Origin: the human T2T-CHM13v2.0 reference genome, Homo sapiens
Reading direction: 5' to 3' (one strand)
Assembly (NCBI RefSeq): GCF_009914755.1
Contig: NC_060939.1
Length of the DNA stretch: 64,000 nt
The notes below the pieces were generated by a model. The model was given only the letters and a program-made list of their open reading frames with translations. It had not been told where the DNA came from and did no database searches. The position numbers were made by a program, and so were the translations under genes. Position 1 is the first letter of the stretch. Each line of letters begins with the position of its first letter. Shown here piece by piece: positions 45,633-64,000 of this stretch.

Positions 45633-46664
45633 TTGGTGACATCAGCCAAAAAAAAAAAGTAAGGACCTCTGAAAATCATCTTCACAAAAAGAATGAAAAC
45701 ATGGACAAAAATAGTCAAAATCAGCTTTTTCAGAACTTTGGAAATTAGCCAAAAGCTTATACACATAGCACTTATTCAAGAAAAATAGCTGAATATCAGC
45801 AAGAACAGTTATCTTCATGGTGTTTTAATTTGCGCTGTACCCATTTGTTGTCCTCCAGCTGTATGGTAGCCTTGAAAACCAACAGGCCACAATCACAGTG
45901 AAAACCTCAGGTTGGCAGCCACTGGAGGATACAAAATGAGTTTGGATCTCCTTCAATGCCCCATTCCCAGAGAACTGTCATTATTTGACCTGCTGGTAGT
46001 TCCCTAAAGGACGTGCAAGGATGTTTTTATTTGACTGGACACTTGAAGCTTGCCCTGTATGAACAGCCCCCATCTTCCCATGCTTGTCAAAAATCAGAGG
46101 CAACTAACACTGCGGCTTCCTGAGGTAGGCAATGATGTGTTCTCTGTGTTCAGAAAATTTCACAATGTCTACCCTGGAATGGATCTCTTTTCCCCCAATT
46201 TGCTCTTTCAATCTAGAAATGTGTGGCCAGGCACAGTGGCTCACACCTGTAATCCCAGCATTTTGGGAGGCTGAGGCGGGCAGATCACCTGAGGTCGGGA
46301 GTTCGAGACCAGCCTGACCAATATGGAAAAACCCTGTCTCTACTAAAAATACAAAATTAGTTGGGCATGGTGGCACATGCCTGTAATCCCAGCTACTCGG
46401 GTGCTGAGGTAGAAGAATTACTTGAACCCAGGAGGCGGAGGTTACGGGGAGGTGGAGGTTGTGGTGAGCTGAGATTGCGCCATTGTACTCCAGCCTGGGC
46501 AACAAGAGTGGAACTCTGTCTCAAAAAAAAAAAAAAAAAAATTATAGAAATGTGTATCCTCCAGCTATGGGAAAACTTCCTAAACCATAAACTATAGTGT
46601 TGATGATTTCGTAGCCTTTGCTTTCTTTCTCAAACTCCTTCCTGTTATTTGGAGTTTAGATTGA

Positions 46665-46913
<249 letters not shown>

Positions 46914-46981
46914 TGATCTGCCCGCCTTGGCGTCCCAAAGTGCTAGGATTACAGGCATGAGCCACCGTGCCTGGCCTCTAA

Positions 46982-47230
<249 letters not shown>

Positions 47231-47597
47231 TAGAGACAAGGTGTCACTATGTTGTCCAGGCTGGTCTTGAATTCTTGGACTCAGGCAATCCTCCTGCCTT
47301 AGCCTCCTAAGTTGCTGGGACTACAGGAGCATGACACCGTGCTTGGCTTTTTTTTTTTCTTCAATTTTTAGTGAAGATAAGCTCTCACTATACTGCCCAG
47401 GCTGATCTTGAATTCCTGGGCTCATGTGATCTTCCCACCTCAGCCTCCCAAAGTGCTGTGATTTCAGGCATGAGCCACTGCACCCAGCCCTTAATTTATC
47501 TTCTAACTTTTCTATGGAGTTTAAAAGAAATTTCGGCCGGGCGTGGTGGCTCACACCTGTAATCCCAGCACTTTGGGAGGCCGAGGCGGGTGGATCA

Positions 47598-47861
<264 letters not shown>

Positions 47862-48738
47862 CTATGTTTTTATTGTGCAGAAGCTTTTTTCGTTACCCTG
47901 AATTTCTTTTCTTTTTTTTTTTTCTTTGAGATAGAGTCTCACTCTGTCACCCAGGCTGGAGAGCAATTGCACAAACACTTGGCTCACTGCAGCCTCAACT
48001 TCTTGTCCTCAAGTGATCCTCCCACCTTAGCCTCCTAAGTAGCTGGGACCACAGGTAAGCACCACCATGCCCTACTATTTTTCTTTCTTTGTTTCTTTTT
48101 TTTGTAGAGACAGGGTCTTGCCACCTTGACCAGGCTGGTCTTGAACTTCTGAGCTGAAGTGTTTGTTCCTCCTGCCTCAGCCTCCCAAAGTGCTAGGACT
48201 ACAGGCATGAGCTACTGCGCCCACCCTGAATTTCTATTTTAAAGTAGTCTGTTCTTGCTTCATGGATACGTGATCTTTTATCTCTGAGTATACTAATTAT
48301 ACAATTTTACTATTATATCTGACTGGCTTTTAAATAGGTTTAACTAGCTTTCCTTATTTTAGCTGCCTTCTTCACCCACACTTCCAGAGGTACCTGGTAC
48401 AACCAATCTGGAGCTTACTTAGGATTTTCTAGTGCAGTAGTTCTAAAATATGGTCCCTGGATCAGTAGTGTTAGCATCCCCTGGGATTTTGTGTTTTAAC
48501 AAGTTCTCTATATGATTCTGATGCACACTAAAGCTTCAGAATCACTGCTGTAGTATAAACTGTGATGGTTCTCAGCCTTCCCCACTGCTGGCTTAGGTGT
48601 TTGCTTTCTTGGGTCTACTAAGTCAGTTAGTTCTTTATCTGTTTCCTTTCCAGTTTCCAAAATTTTTGTTGCTATCTTTTCCTCTCCAGTTTTCCTCATA
48701 TGTGTGAATTTATATCTTTTTTTAAAAAAATCTCTTTA

Positions 48739-48918
<180 letters not shown>

Positions 48919-49534
48919 CTACTTGGGAGGCTGAGGCAGGAGAATCACTTGAATCCGGGAGGTGGAGGCTGCTACTCAGGAGGCTGAGGCAGGAGAATCA
49001 CTTGAACCCAGGAGGCAGAGGCTGCAGTGAGCTGAGATGGTGCACTCCAGCCTGGGTGACAGAGCGAGACTCCATTAAAAAAAATCTGTTTATCGTATAA
49101 GAGAGGCATCAGGAACAAGCAAAATTAGATGCATGAGTTCAATTTGCCATCTTTACCTAGAAGTTTATATACACTCTCAATTAAGCATTTTCATTTTCAA
49201 TAAAAATGCAGTTGTAACTCTGTTACCAAATCCAAAGGATGTTTTAGTTCTCATCTAATTAGACCTCTCAACAGTTTCAACCTATTTATTTCCACTTTGA
49301 AATACTCTCTTTTTTAAAAAAAAAAAATTTGGAACACCTTTTTCCCTCTGCCTGACTTCTAAAGTTGGAGTTCCTAGAGACTTGGGCTCTCTAGGTAATT
49401 TTACCTATTCCTACGGCATTATATACACTCATCTCTCTCTACCTTGACCTCTCTTCTAACCACAGACTCATATTCTTGCTTCCAAGAATATACCCTCCAA
49501 TCCATTCTTTTTTTTTTTTTTTTTTTTTTTTTGA

Positions 49535-49696
<162 letters not shown>

Positions 49697-51313
49697 TAGA
49701 GACGGGGTTTCGCCATATTGGTCAGGCTGGTCTCGAACTCCCGATCCATTCTTCACATAACAGCAGAGTAATCTTTCAAAAAGGTAAATCCCATCTTGTT
49801 ACTCTCCTGCTTAAAACCTTATCTGGTTGGCCAGGCGCGGTGGCTCACGCCTGTAATCCCAGCACTTTGGGAGGCCGAGGCGGACAGATCACGAGGTCAG
49901 GAGATTGAGACCATCCTGGCTAACACGGTGAAACCCCGTCTCTACTAAAAATACAAAATATTAGCTAGGCGCGGTGGGGGGCGCCTGTAGTCCCAGCTAC
50001 TCAGGAGGCTGAGGCAGGAGAATGGCACGAACCCGGGAGGCAGAGCTTGCAGTGAGCCGAGATCACACCACTGCACTCCAGGCTGGGCGAAAGAGCGAGA
50101 CTCCGTCTCAAAATAAAAACAAAAACAAAAACAAAAAAAACCCTTATCTGGCTTTCCATTGCACTTAAAATAAAAACTACACTCATCTAACATGGCCTAC
50201 CAGGGCCTGCCTGATCTCTTCCTCCTGCCTCTTTCCCTCATGGTTACACATTGAAGCCAAACTGGCCTTCTTTCTAATTCCTTTCGAAGAATTGAAGGCT
50301 TTAGGACCTTGGTACATGCTGTTCTCTTCTCTTGGAAAACTCCCTCACTCTGTTTGGGTAACTCCTACTATTCTTTTTTTTTTGGCTTAAATGTACCTGG
50401 TCCATGCATAAACTATGTCCTACTGGTTACTATGTCTTATAGTACCTTGTTCTTTTTCTTCCTAGTACTTAGGACCATCTAAATTTTAAATTTACTTACG
50501 TGTTTAATGATTGTCTCTTCCATTAAATTCTCCACATAGTAGGGATCATAATAGTTTCGTTCTCCATTGTACATTCAGAACATGTAGCACAGTGCCTGGC
50601 ACATAGTGTAAGTACTCAAAATACACTTCCAAAGAGAAGAGAAAAGAATGGACCTTTACGAAGGTCTCAGAGCAAGGTAAGTGGTAAAGCCAACCAAGTC
50701 TATCTCAGCTCATTTAGTTACTTCATTTTTTTTCCCTTCTTTTTGAGAGAGTCTCACTCTGTCACCTGGGGTGGAGTACAGCAGCCGGATCTCAGCTCAC
50801 TGCAACCTCCACCCCCTGGGCTCAACCGATCCTGCCACTTCAGCCTCCAGAGGAGCTAGGACCACAGACACGCACTACCAAGTCAGGCTAAGTTTTTGGT
50901 TTTTTTTGGTAGAGAGGGGGTTTCATCATGTTGCCAGGCTGGTCTTGAACTCCTGAGCTCAAGCGATCCTCAGGCTCCCAACGTGCTGGGATTATAGGCA
51001 TGAGCCACTGCACCCAGCCAAATTGCTTCATTTTTTATTACTCCATACTTCCTACATAAGATACTTCCTACACCTGGCCAAATTGCTTCATTTTTTAAAA
51101 ATATATTTTATTTAATGTAGTCTCACTCTGTTGCCCTGGCTGGAGTGCAGTGGCATGATCTCAGCTCACTGCAACCTCTGCCTCCTGGGTTAAAGCGATT
51201 TCTGGCTAATTTTTGTATTTTTAGTAGAGATGGGGTTTCACCATGTTGGCCAGGCTGCTCTCAAACTCCTGACCTCAAGTGATCCACCCGCCTTGGCCTC
51301 CCAGAAGTGCTAG

Positions 51314-51561
<248 letters not shown>

Positions 51562-52396
51562 TAATTTTTTTGTATTTTCAGTAGAGACGGGGTTTCACCA
51601 TGTTGGCCAGTCTGCTTTCCTCCTAACCTCAAGTGAGCCGCCTGCCTCGAAGATGCTTTATTTATAAGCGCTTTGGACACACTTTAATAAATGCTCTATT
51701 GTATACAGTTGAACTCTATATAACATTTTGAATAATATTGTTAATGCTTACCCTAAGTACTACTATCATCTCTGTATTGTTTAACAAAATATTTCCACAT
51801 TTGACAATAAAGTCAGTATTTGAAAGGAAATACTTATTGTGGCTTTCATAAAACAACATTTACCAAATAACAGATTTCAGAAGTGAGAAGTCAAGACAAT
51901 TATATCTTAATGATTTTTACTTAGGTGAAATAAACTCTGAATTATTAATCATTTTAAGGGGGGATGCTGTGATTGTTATTTTAACTTCAAATATTCAACA
52001 ACTTCAAAAATCATTAAACCTGAATGACTCAATATTCTAGTTGTGTTAGTTTGGGCAAGTCACCGAATCTCAGTCTGCTGAGACCATGGTGCTTTATCTG
52101 GGGCACAGGTTGTCTCCTGTCTTTTAATTTCTTTACAGCTCAAGCATTTATAATTATCTAACAGAATAAAAATGAATTAATTCAACAAGTTTATTGAGTA
52201 TCTACTTTGTGCCAGTCACTGTTCTAGGTGCTAGGAATTCAGCCTGTATTTCAGTGGAAACAGGTAATATTAAATGAGTAAATAAATAAGATATCTCAGA
52301 TGCTGAGGACTTTGAAAGTTGGAGAGGGAACAGGGAACAAAAGAGATTTACTTTAGTCAGTCAGAAAAGGTCTCTCAAAAGTGTGGGTTTTTTTAA

Positions 52397-52612
<216 letters not shown>

Positions 52613-52810
52613 TAGTAGAGACAAGGTTTCACCATGTTGGCCAGGGTGGTCTCAAACTCCTGACCTCAGGTGATCCACCCACCTCGGCCTCCCAAAGTGC
52701 TGGGATTAAAGGCGTGAGCCACTGCACCCGGCCGGGGTGTCTTTTTAAATAAGACACGAATGACAAGAAACTGGCCAAGAAAAGATTTGGGAAAGGCAGT
52801 CTATGTAAAG

Positions 52811-53063
52811 CAGTGTTTTTCAAGCTAAGGCCCTGACCTACTGCAGTGGACACACGAAATCCATTTAGTGAGCTGGGACCACAATTGAAGAAACTATTAG
52901 GATACATCACATGAAGGAAAACTTTTGTTTCAGTTATACATATATTTATACACATGTGACCTGTGTATATTCTCATACATATGTATGCATGCATGCCTAA
53001 ATGAGTCACAATGTGAAGTGTATTTCTTACTACAGTGAGGTCAAAAAATGTTTGAAAGCCACT
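52811..53063. mobile_element. hAT-Charlie-type MITE
   Basis: Termini cagtgtttttcaag... and ...tttgaaagccactg are imperfect TIRs. Confidence 0.55.
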
Positions 53064-54122
53064 GAGATAGAAGGACCAGCCACTTTGAACGCCTTAGAGG
53101 CAAAAAGAGCTTTGTGAGTTGTAAGAGGAAAAAGAAGACCAGCATGGCTGAAGCGAGCCCTGGGGAGGAGTGTTATGAAAGAAGGTAGGAAATGTATATA
53201 ATTTTTCCCACATAGAACCCTCCAGTCAAACATCTTAAATCTGGACTGCCACCTGTTTTTGTCATGGTTCATCATTTAAGAGATGACATGTAAGAATCAT
53301 CTCCCTGCTTTTATGTCACTTTGTAAACTGTCACTGAGAAGTTAGTAGTTATACTGACGTGATTGAAAATAACCTCTAAACTAAGAATGTATCTTATATT
53401 GAGAACGGATTGTTCGTATAATTAAAAAATGAACAAGAAAACCAGGCTCATAGAACTTTGGCGGAGTCCTCTGGTTCATTTCAGGCCCTTCTTACGAGGC
53501 AAAAATTTCATGTTAGTTGGTAATTAATTTTGCAAATCTCTTGGCTATAAATACAAAAGGAAATCGTATAAAAGAAACCACTTAGGTCAAATGTAGAGGA
53601 AAAAAATGCTGGGACTGTAGATGTGGCTCTTCCATTAACTCCCTAAGTGGCCCTCACGACTTATTCCACTGGTTTGTGCCCTGGAAATCCTTACATGTAA
53701 AAAAAAAAAGGAGGTGGAGCAGGTGTTCAGTAAGGTCCCTTCATACTGTAAAATTCTATGATCTTAAGTTATTTACGATCATTTACTATTTTAAACGTTG
53801 CGAAAATTAACCTGGTATTTTACCAGACCTTTGTAAAAAGAGGAAGTTACATGACATACAATGAAGATAACGTCCTTAACTTTACGGTAGATGACAGTGG
53901 TTGAACAACTAGAAGAGAAAGTCAAAGTTATCTCGGGGAGTTTATATTGTACTTAGATTGAGCTGCACTTTGGAACCGTGTGGCCTTTTCACATGAGATC
54001 AGTGTCTTGATAAATACAAACTTCCTGAAAAGATGGGTTAAACCTCAAAGCCTGTGTAACTACAGCTTGACAAAGACTCTCGAGGAAAGGTAAACGGAAA
54101 GTGAGTTGGCAACACAACTCAC

Positions 54123-54513
54123 CTACAAGTTCTCCAATCATGAAAAGCAAGTACAGAACGGCAGCAATGGTCAACCTGGCTTTCACCTTTCTCTGCTTCA
54201 GTATCTCTCTCTGTTTGCTGCAGTTGTCACAGGAGTCCACCTTCAAACTCAGCTGACTGTTGGTCAAAGGTAAGTCTTGGTCCAGTAAGGAATCATCGTC
54301 GGCCTGGAGGGTCGGGTGCGCCCCGTTAACAGGCCTTTCCGGGGCTTCGGAACCGTCATCGGCCACCACAACTCGAAGTTTGTTGAACCGAGAAAGCCCC
54401 TCGTCCCCCGCCTCATCCGAGAAGTCAAAGGCGCTGGTGTCATTTAAAAACAGCGGCGCATCATCCTTCCTTAGCATAGATTTGAGGCGCTTCCACGCGC
54501 CAGAGCCGGCCAT
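54123..54513 (-). CDS. SLC30A4: SLC30A4 coding exon 1 (exon 2): N-terminal cytosolic domain and TM1
   Basis: GCCATGG Kozak ATG at 54513; ORF 53989..54513 matches up to ...MIGELV; donor GTAG|GTGAGT at 54123/54122; 391 nt. The exon probably starts at 54627 (acceptor ttttccacag|G). Confidence 0.97.
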
Positions 54514-54578
54514 GGCAGAGGCTGAGCGGCCGCGGTGCGGAACGGCTTGGGGGAGGCGGACGGCCGGCGGCGCCTACT

Positions 54579-54626
54579 TCACCGGAGCGCCAGTTCTCGA
54601 GGGCAGTGCCGCGCGTCCCTCCCCAT
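54579..54626 (-). other. uORF2 in SLC30A4 5'UTR (MGRDARHCPRELALR*)
   Basis: ATG at 54626 in strong context (AGG ATG G); TGA at 54581-54579; ends 65 nt upstream of the main ATG. Confidence 0.65.
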
Positions 54627-54765
54627 CCTGTGGAAAACGAAACACGTTATAAATTAAAGGCGCCCAACCCTGTCCTCAAGTTCCGAAGCCGCTGGCGGCG
54701 GGTCGCAGGGCCGACCCCGACGCTCCGCCGGGGCTCCGCGAGGGGGCGGCACATCTATTTAATAC

Positions 54766-54950
54766 CTGGGGCGCTGCCGCGGGGCCGCAACTCATCTCCC
54801 CGCCCCCGGCCGGCTCAGCGAGGCGGGCTCGCGCTGCTCCACCCGCGGCCGCAGGAGAGTGGGGTCGTGCTCGCGCCCGCCGCGCCCGCTGCTGGAGGCC
54901 GGCTCCCCAGGTCTGACAGGTTCGGGGCCGGACGCCCACAGCCACCGCCT
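54766..54950 (-). other. SLC30A4: Probable non-coding exon 1 of SLC30A4 (TSS not determinable from sequence)
   Basis: Donor CCCAG|GTATTA at 54766/54765 pairs with the acceptor at 54628/54627 to give a 138-nt intron. It lies inside the CpG island, just downstream of GC boxes. Confidence 0.7.
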
Positions 54951-55560
54951 CTCCCCGCCCTGCGCGAGGCCACGCGCGTGCGCCGGGCGAGGCGCGCGAG
55001 GGAGGGGTCGGCGCGAGGACACGCAGGCCTGGCGCGCAGGGCTGGGGCGCCCGCGATGGGCGGGGGCGCGCGGCGCGCCCCGCCTCTCGCCCCGAGGCTG
55101 GATTGGGGGCCACTGCGCCGCCTCCGCCCAGGGGTCACTCACTGGCCAACTGAGGGGACTTTGGGCGGCCTCTTCCACCTTCCCAGGCTGGGAGGCAAGT
55201 GCGGTCGGAGGGTCACGCCGGGGGCTGGGCGTTGCTGCTAGGAGTTCCCTCCACCGAAAGTGTGTCTCAGGAATCTCGGGTCGGGATCTGGGTTGCGGGT
55301 GCTCGGCAGAAGACAAACCCAGCACTTTTCTTGCTAACTGAAAAGGCAAGCAGCTTTTCTCTCCTCGAATTGCTTGTCTCTGGCAAATTGGCAACATTTG
55401 CTGCAGTCAACTGGAGAGGGCAAGGCTGTCGTCGTCAGCAGTTCTGTGTCCTACTGTTTTTCAGCAAATATGTATTGTCCTCTTTGTGCTCTCTGCCGTG
55501 TTCCTTTTGCCTCCAAGGTATTTACGATATGGACTAAACTCAAGCATAGAAAATCTAGTA

Positions 55561-59125
<3,565 letters not shown>

Positions 59126-59176
59126 TAGAGGTGTCCTTTTGGCTATTGGGTCTGTTTCACAAAAAAAACAAAAAAC

Positions 59177-61024
<1,848 letters not shown>

Positions 61025-61709
61025 TATCCAGTGTTTATGAATGTTGTATTTTTATAACAGTCCCCATGTATTACCAAATTTCAAGTTACAAAAAATACAA
61101 TAAAAAGTCACATGAAACATCATTTTCCTCTGAAGATTGAAATGGCACTTTAGAATCTTGTATGCCTCAGATGCAAGAAATCAACTCCTTTAAATATGAC
61201 TCCTCGGATTTAAATGCCCATCATATTTCTACAGAGCTGCAGCCACGGGAATCAAGGTAGGAAACCTAGATCAGAGATTCCATGTTCCCTAGACCAGGAA
61301 GGGAAAACTATTTCCTGGTTAACCAGGGCACTCTGGTAATAATCAGCTGAAAGGAGAGATCTTACTGGGGGTTGCTTTCCTAACTCCAAATATTTTAATC
61401 CACCGGGTTTGGGAGTAGGTTTTTTTGTAGTTGTTTTGAATTTCACTTTGTTATACTGTCTGAAATTCTACTAATGAGAGATACAAACGGATAAAGAAAA
61501 TATTTTAGGAGTGTGATCATTTTCTCTTTAGTATAAATCCTTCAAAGAAGATTCCATTTAAAGAAATTGGATAAATGTTTTTAAGAAAAGTTAAGGAAAG
61601 AGCGTGAATTGTTTTGGGTACTTACAGCAAGCTTTGTTGAATAGGGCTGCAGTTCTGCCTCCCAGTTTGTTTTTATTATTTTTCTCACTGGGTACCTGGA
61701 GAAAGTGAT

Positions 61710-62256
61710 GGGAGGACAACAAAAACTCTATATGGTGATTTTAAAGTATATCCACAAATTCTGTGATACTCTACTTATCAAGAGGTGGAGCTTAATTTCC
61801 TTCCTATTGAGCGTGGACTGCACTAAATGAGTTGCATGTGGCCTGTAATGAATATGGCAGAAGTGACTCTGTGTGACTTATAAGACTAGGTCATAAAAGG
61901 TATTGCAGCTGCCTCCTCATCCTCACACTTGGATCGCTTGCACTAGGAGGAGCCAGCTACTGTGTCATGAGGAACTCAAGTGGCCCTGTGGAAAGGCGTG
62001 TGTGATGAGGAACTGAGGCCTCTTGCCAACAGCCATGTGAGTGAACCATTTTGGAAGTGGACCCTGTAGTCCCAGCTAAGCCTTCAGATAACTATAGACT
62101 GGGCAGTGCTAACTAAAACCTGGAGAAATCCAGAGCCAGAACCACCCAGCTAAGCCATTCTCAGATGACCCACAGAGACTGCATGAGATAAGAAATGTTT
62201 GTTTTAAGATGGCAAGTTTTGGGATACTTCGTTACACAGCAATAGATAACTAATAT
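61710..62256 (+). mobile_element. MLT1 (MaLR, MLT1E/F-like) LTR
   Basis: ccacaaattctgtgatact...tcaagaggtggagc...gaggaactgaggcc...ccagaaccacccagctaagcc...gttacacagcaatagataactaata. Confidence 0.8.
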
Positions 62257-62952
62257 GTTATGTATCAGTTTTCCTGCATACCAGGAAAGACACTTTTCTT
62301 ATTCCTTTATCACATGGGCTCTTATTCCTCAGCCTGCCCTCAGACTAGTGGCATGATTTCTATCACTGAGCTTCAAAATGGGCTAAATACATAGACTTCT
62401 GCAAATAGGCTTGGAATGTAACTACAATTTGCAACCTTATTTCTACGCACTCGGAGTTTATAATAATAGACAAATGAACTTTTGAAACAGTGCACACTTA
62501 TAATCTCGGTACTGCCTGCAATTCTGTTTGCTAGCTATTGCTCAGTATGCCATTCTTTTTTAAGAGACTTCATACGTTTTTCTAGTCTGAAGAATTTATT
62601 TATTTTTTATTTTAGTGAGACAGGGTGGAGGGGCAGGTCTCACTATGTTGCCCAGGCTGGTCTTGAACTCCTGGGCTGAAGTGATCCTCCTGTCTCAGCC
62701 TCCCAAGTGCTGGGATTACAGGCACGAGCCACCAAGCCCAGCCTGAATAACTTCTTGCATGGCAGATGGAAAAGGCTGCCAACCATTTAGCTAGTCTCTC
62801 AACCAGGCAACTCGTAATATGCAGATTTAGGCAATAGCAGAAGCCTGTCAACTGAATTGCAAGACACATACCTTGGGGCAGTTGAAAGGGATGGGCATAA
62901 AATTTCCTATGTCAAAATTTGTTTTCTGGTCCAGATATCTCTTGAAAAAAAT

Positions 62953-63565
62953 GGCTGGGTGTTGTGGCTTATGCCTGTAATCCCAGCACTTTGGGAGGCT
63001 GAGGTGGGTAGACCACCTGAGGTCAGGAGTTTGAGACCAGCCTGGCCAACATAGTGAAACCCCCGTCTGTACTAAAAATACAAAAATTAGGGCTGGGTTT
63101 GGTGGCTCACACCTGTAATCCCAGCACTTTGGAAGGCTGAGGCAGGTGGATCACGAGGTCAGGAGTTCGAGACCAGCCTGACCAACATGGTGAAACACCG
63201 TCTCTACTAAAAATACAAAAATTATCAGGTCTTGGTGGTGCGCGCCTGTAATCCCAGCTACTCAGGAGGCTGAGGCAGGATAATCACTTGAATCCGGGAG
63301 GCAGAGGTTGCAGTGAGCCAAGATCGTGCCACTACATTCTGGCCTGGACAACAGAGCGAGACTCTGTCTCAAACAACAACAACAACAAAAATTAGCTGGC
63401 TGTGGTGGCGGGTGCCTGTAATCCCAGCTGCTTGAGAGGCTGAGGCAGGAGAATCTCTTGCACCTGGGAGGCGGAGGTTGCAGTGAGCAGAGATTGTGCC
63501 ATTGACTCCAGCCTAGGCGACAGAGCAAGACTCCATCTCATTAAAAAAACAAAACAAACAAAAAA
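62953..63565 (+). mobile_element. Alu with a second Alu (63091-63388) inserted in its linker
   Basis: Left arm, full Alu, then right arm; duplicated caaaaattag. Confidence 0.88.
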
Positions 63566-63669
63566 ACCTACTGAAAATAATATCATAGCTAGGATACTTA
63601 AGGCTTGTGTGCCAGGCACTATGAGGGCACCCGACTTACATTAGCTCATTTAGTCATTACCACATCACT

Positions 63670-63935
63670 GTAATGAAGGTAGTGATTGAAAGCATGGGTC
63701 TTGGAGTCAGACAGATTGTGTTTGAGTCCTGGCCTCACCACTTATAGTTGTATGGTCTCTGGCAAACTATTTAATCTCTTTATGCTTCAATTTTCTTACA
63801 TATAAAATGGATATAATAATAGTACCCACTTCACAAGGGTTGTACTAAGGATTAAATAAGATAATGCCAGTAAAGCATGTAAAACTTAGCACATATAATT
63901 CCTAGCACACAGTATGCGTTCAATCAATGCCAGCT
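63670..63935. mobile_element. MIR
   Basis: gcatgggtcttggagtcagacag...tataaaatggatataataatagtacc...gggttgtactaaggattaaataagataatg. Confidence 0.8.
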
Positions 63936-64000
63936 ATTTTTATTTTTATTTTCCTTTTTTTTTTTTACTTTTGACACAGCCTCAGGAGGTCCTGAGGACA

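Larger units (their letters stand above)
54250..55310. promoter_or_regulatory. CpG island promoter of SLC30A4
   Basis: Very GC- and CpG-rich. GC boxes CCCCGCCC (54798, 54953), NRF1-type GCGCGTGCGC (54974-54983), minus-strand CCAAT (gattgg 55101-55106); no obvious TATA for the minus strand. Confidence 0.92.

Noticed and set aside
54260-55537. Long overlapping ORFs (107-211 aa) on both strands in the CpG island
   Set aside because: GC-rich DNA is depleted of stop codons; the products are Arg/Pro/Ala/Gly-rich with no recognisable domain.

Overview
Human (primate) genomic DNA, very rich in Alu repeats. It contains the complete SLC30A4 (ZnT4, CDF-family zinc transporter) gene on the minus strand. 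I assembled seven coding exons by hand from the GT/AG junctions: 54123-54513, 43299-43445, 22889-23042, 21002-21203, 19688-19793, 18772-18906 and 17324-17478. They total 1290 nt, or 429 aa plus TAA. The gene also has a probable non-coding exon 1 in a CpG island (~54.2-55.3 kb) and a ~5.5 kb 3'UTR ending near 11.77 kb. The rest is mostly transposon-derived: dozens of Alus, nested ERV LTRs at 1.1-5.1 kb, an Alu-interrupted full-length Tigger1 just upstream of the promoter, MITEs, L1/L2/MIR fragments and a U13 snoRNA retrocopy inside an Alu. I cannot support a new multi-gene system here. The best leads are regulatory layers on SLC30A4: (i) two overlapping uORFs, one in frame with the CDS and separated from it by a single TAG; (ii) an antisense TATA promoter and splice donor on the skippable, zinc-site-encoding exon 3; (iii) inverted Alus in the 3'UTR that alternative poly(A) sites could include or exclude. 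Repeat family names come from memory of consensus sequences, not from a database search, and repeat boundaries are approximate.
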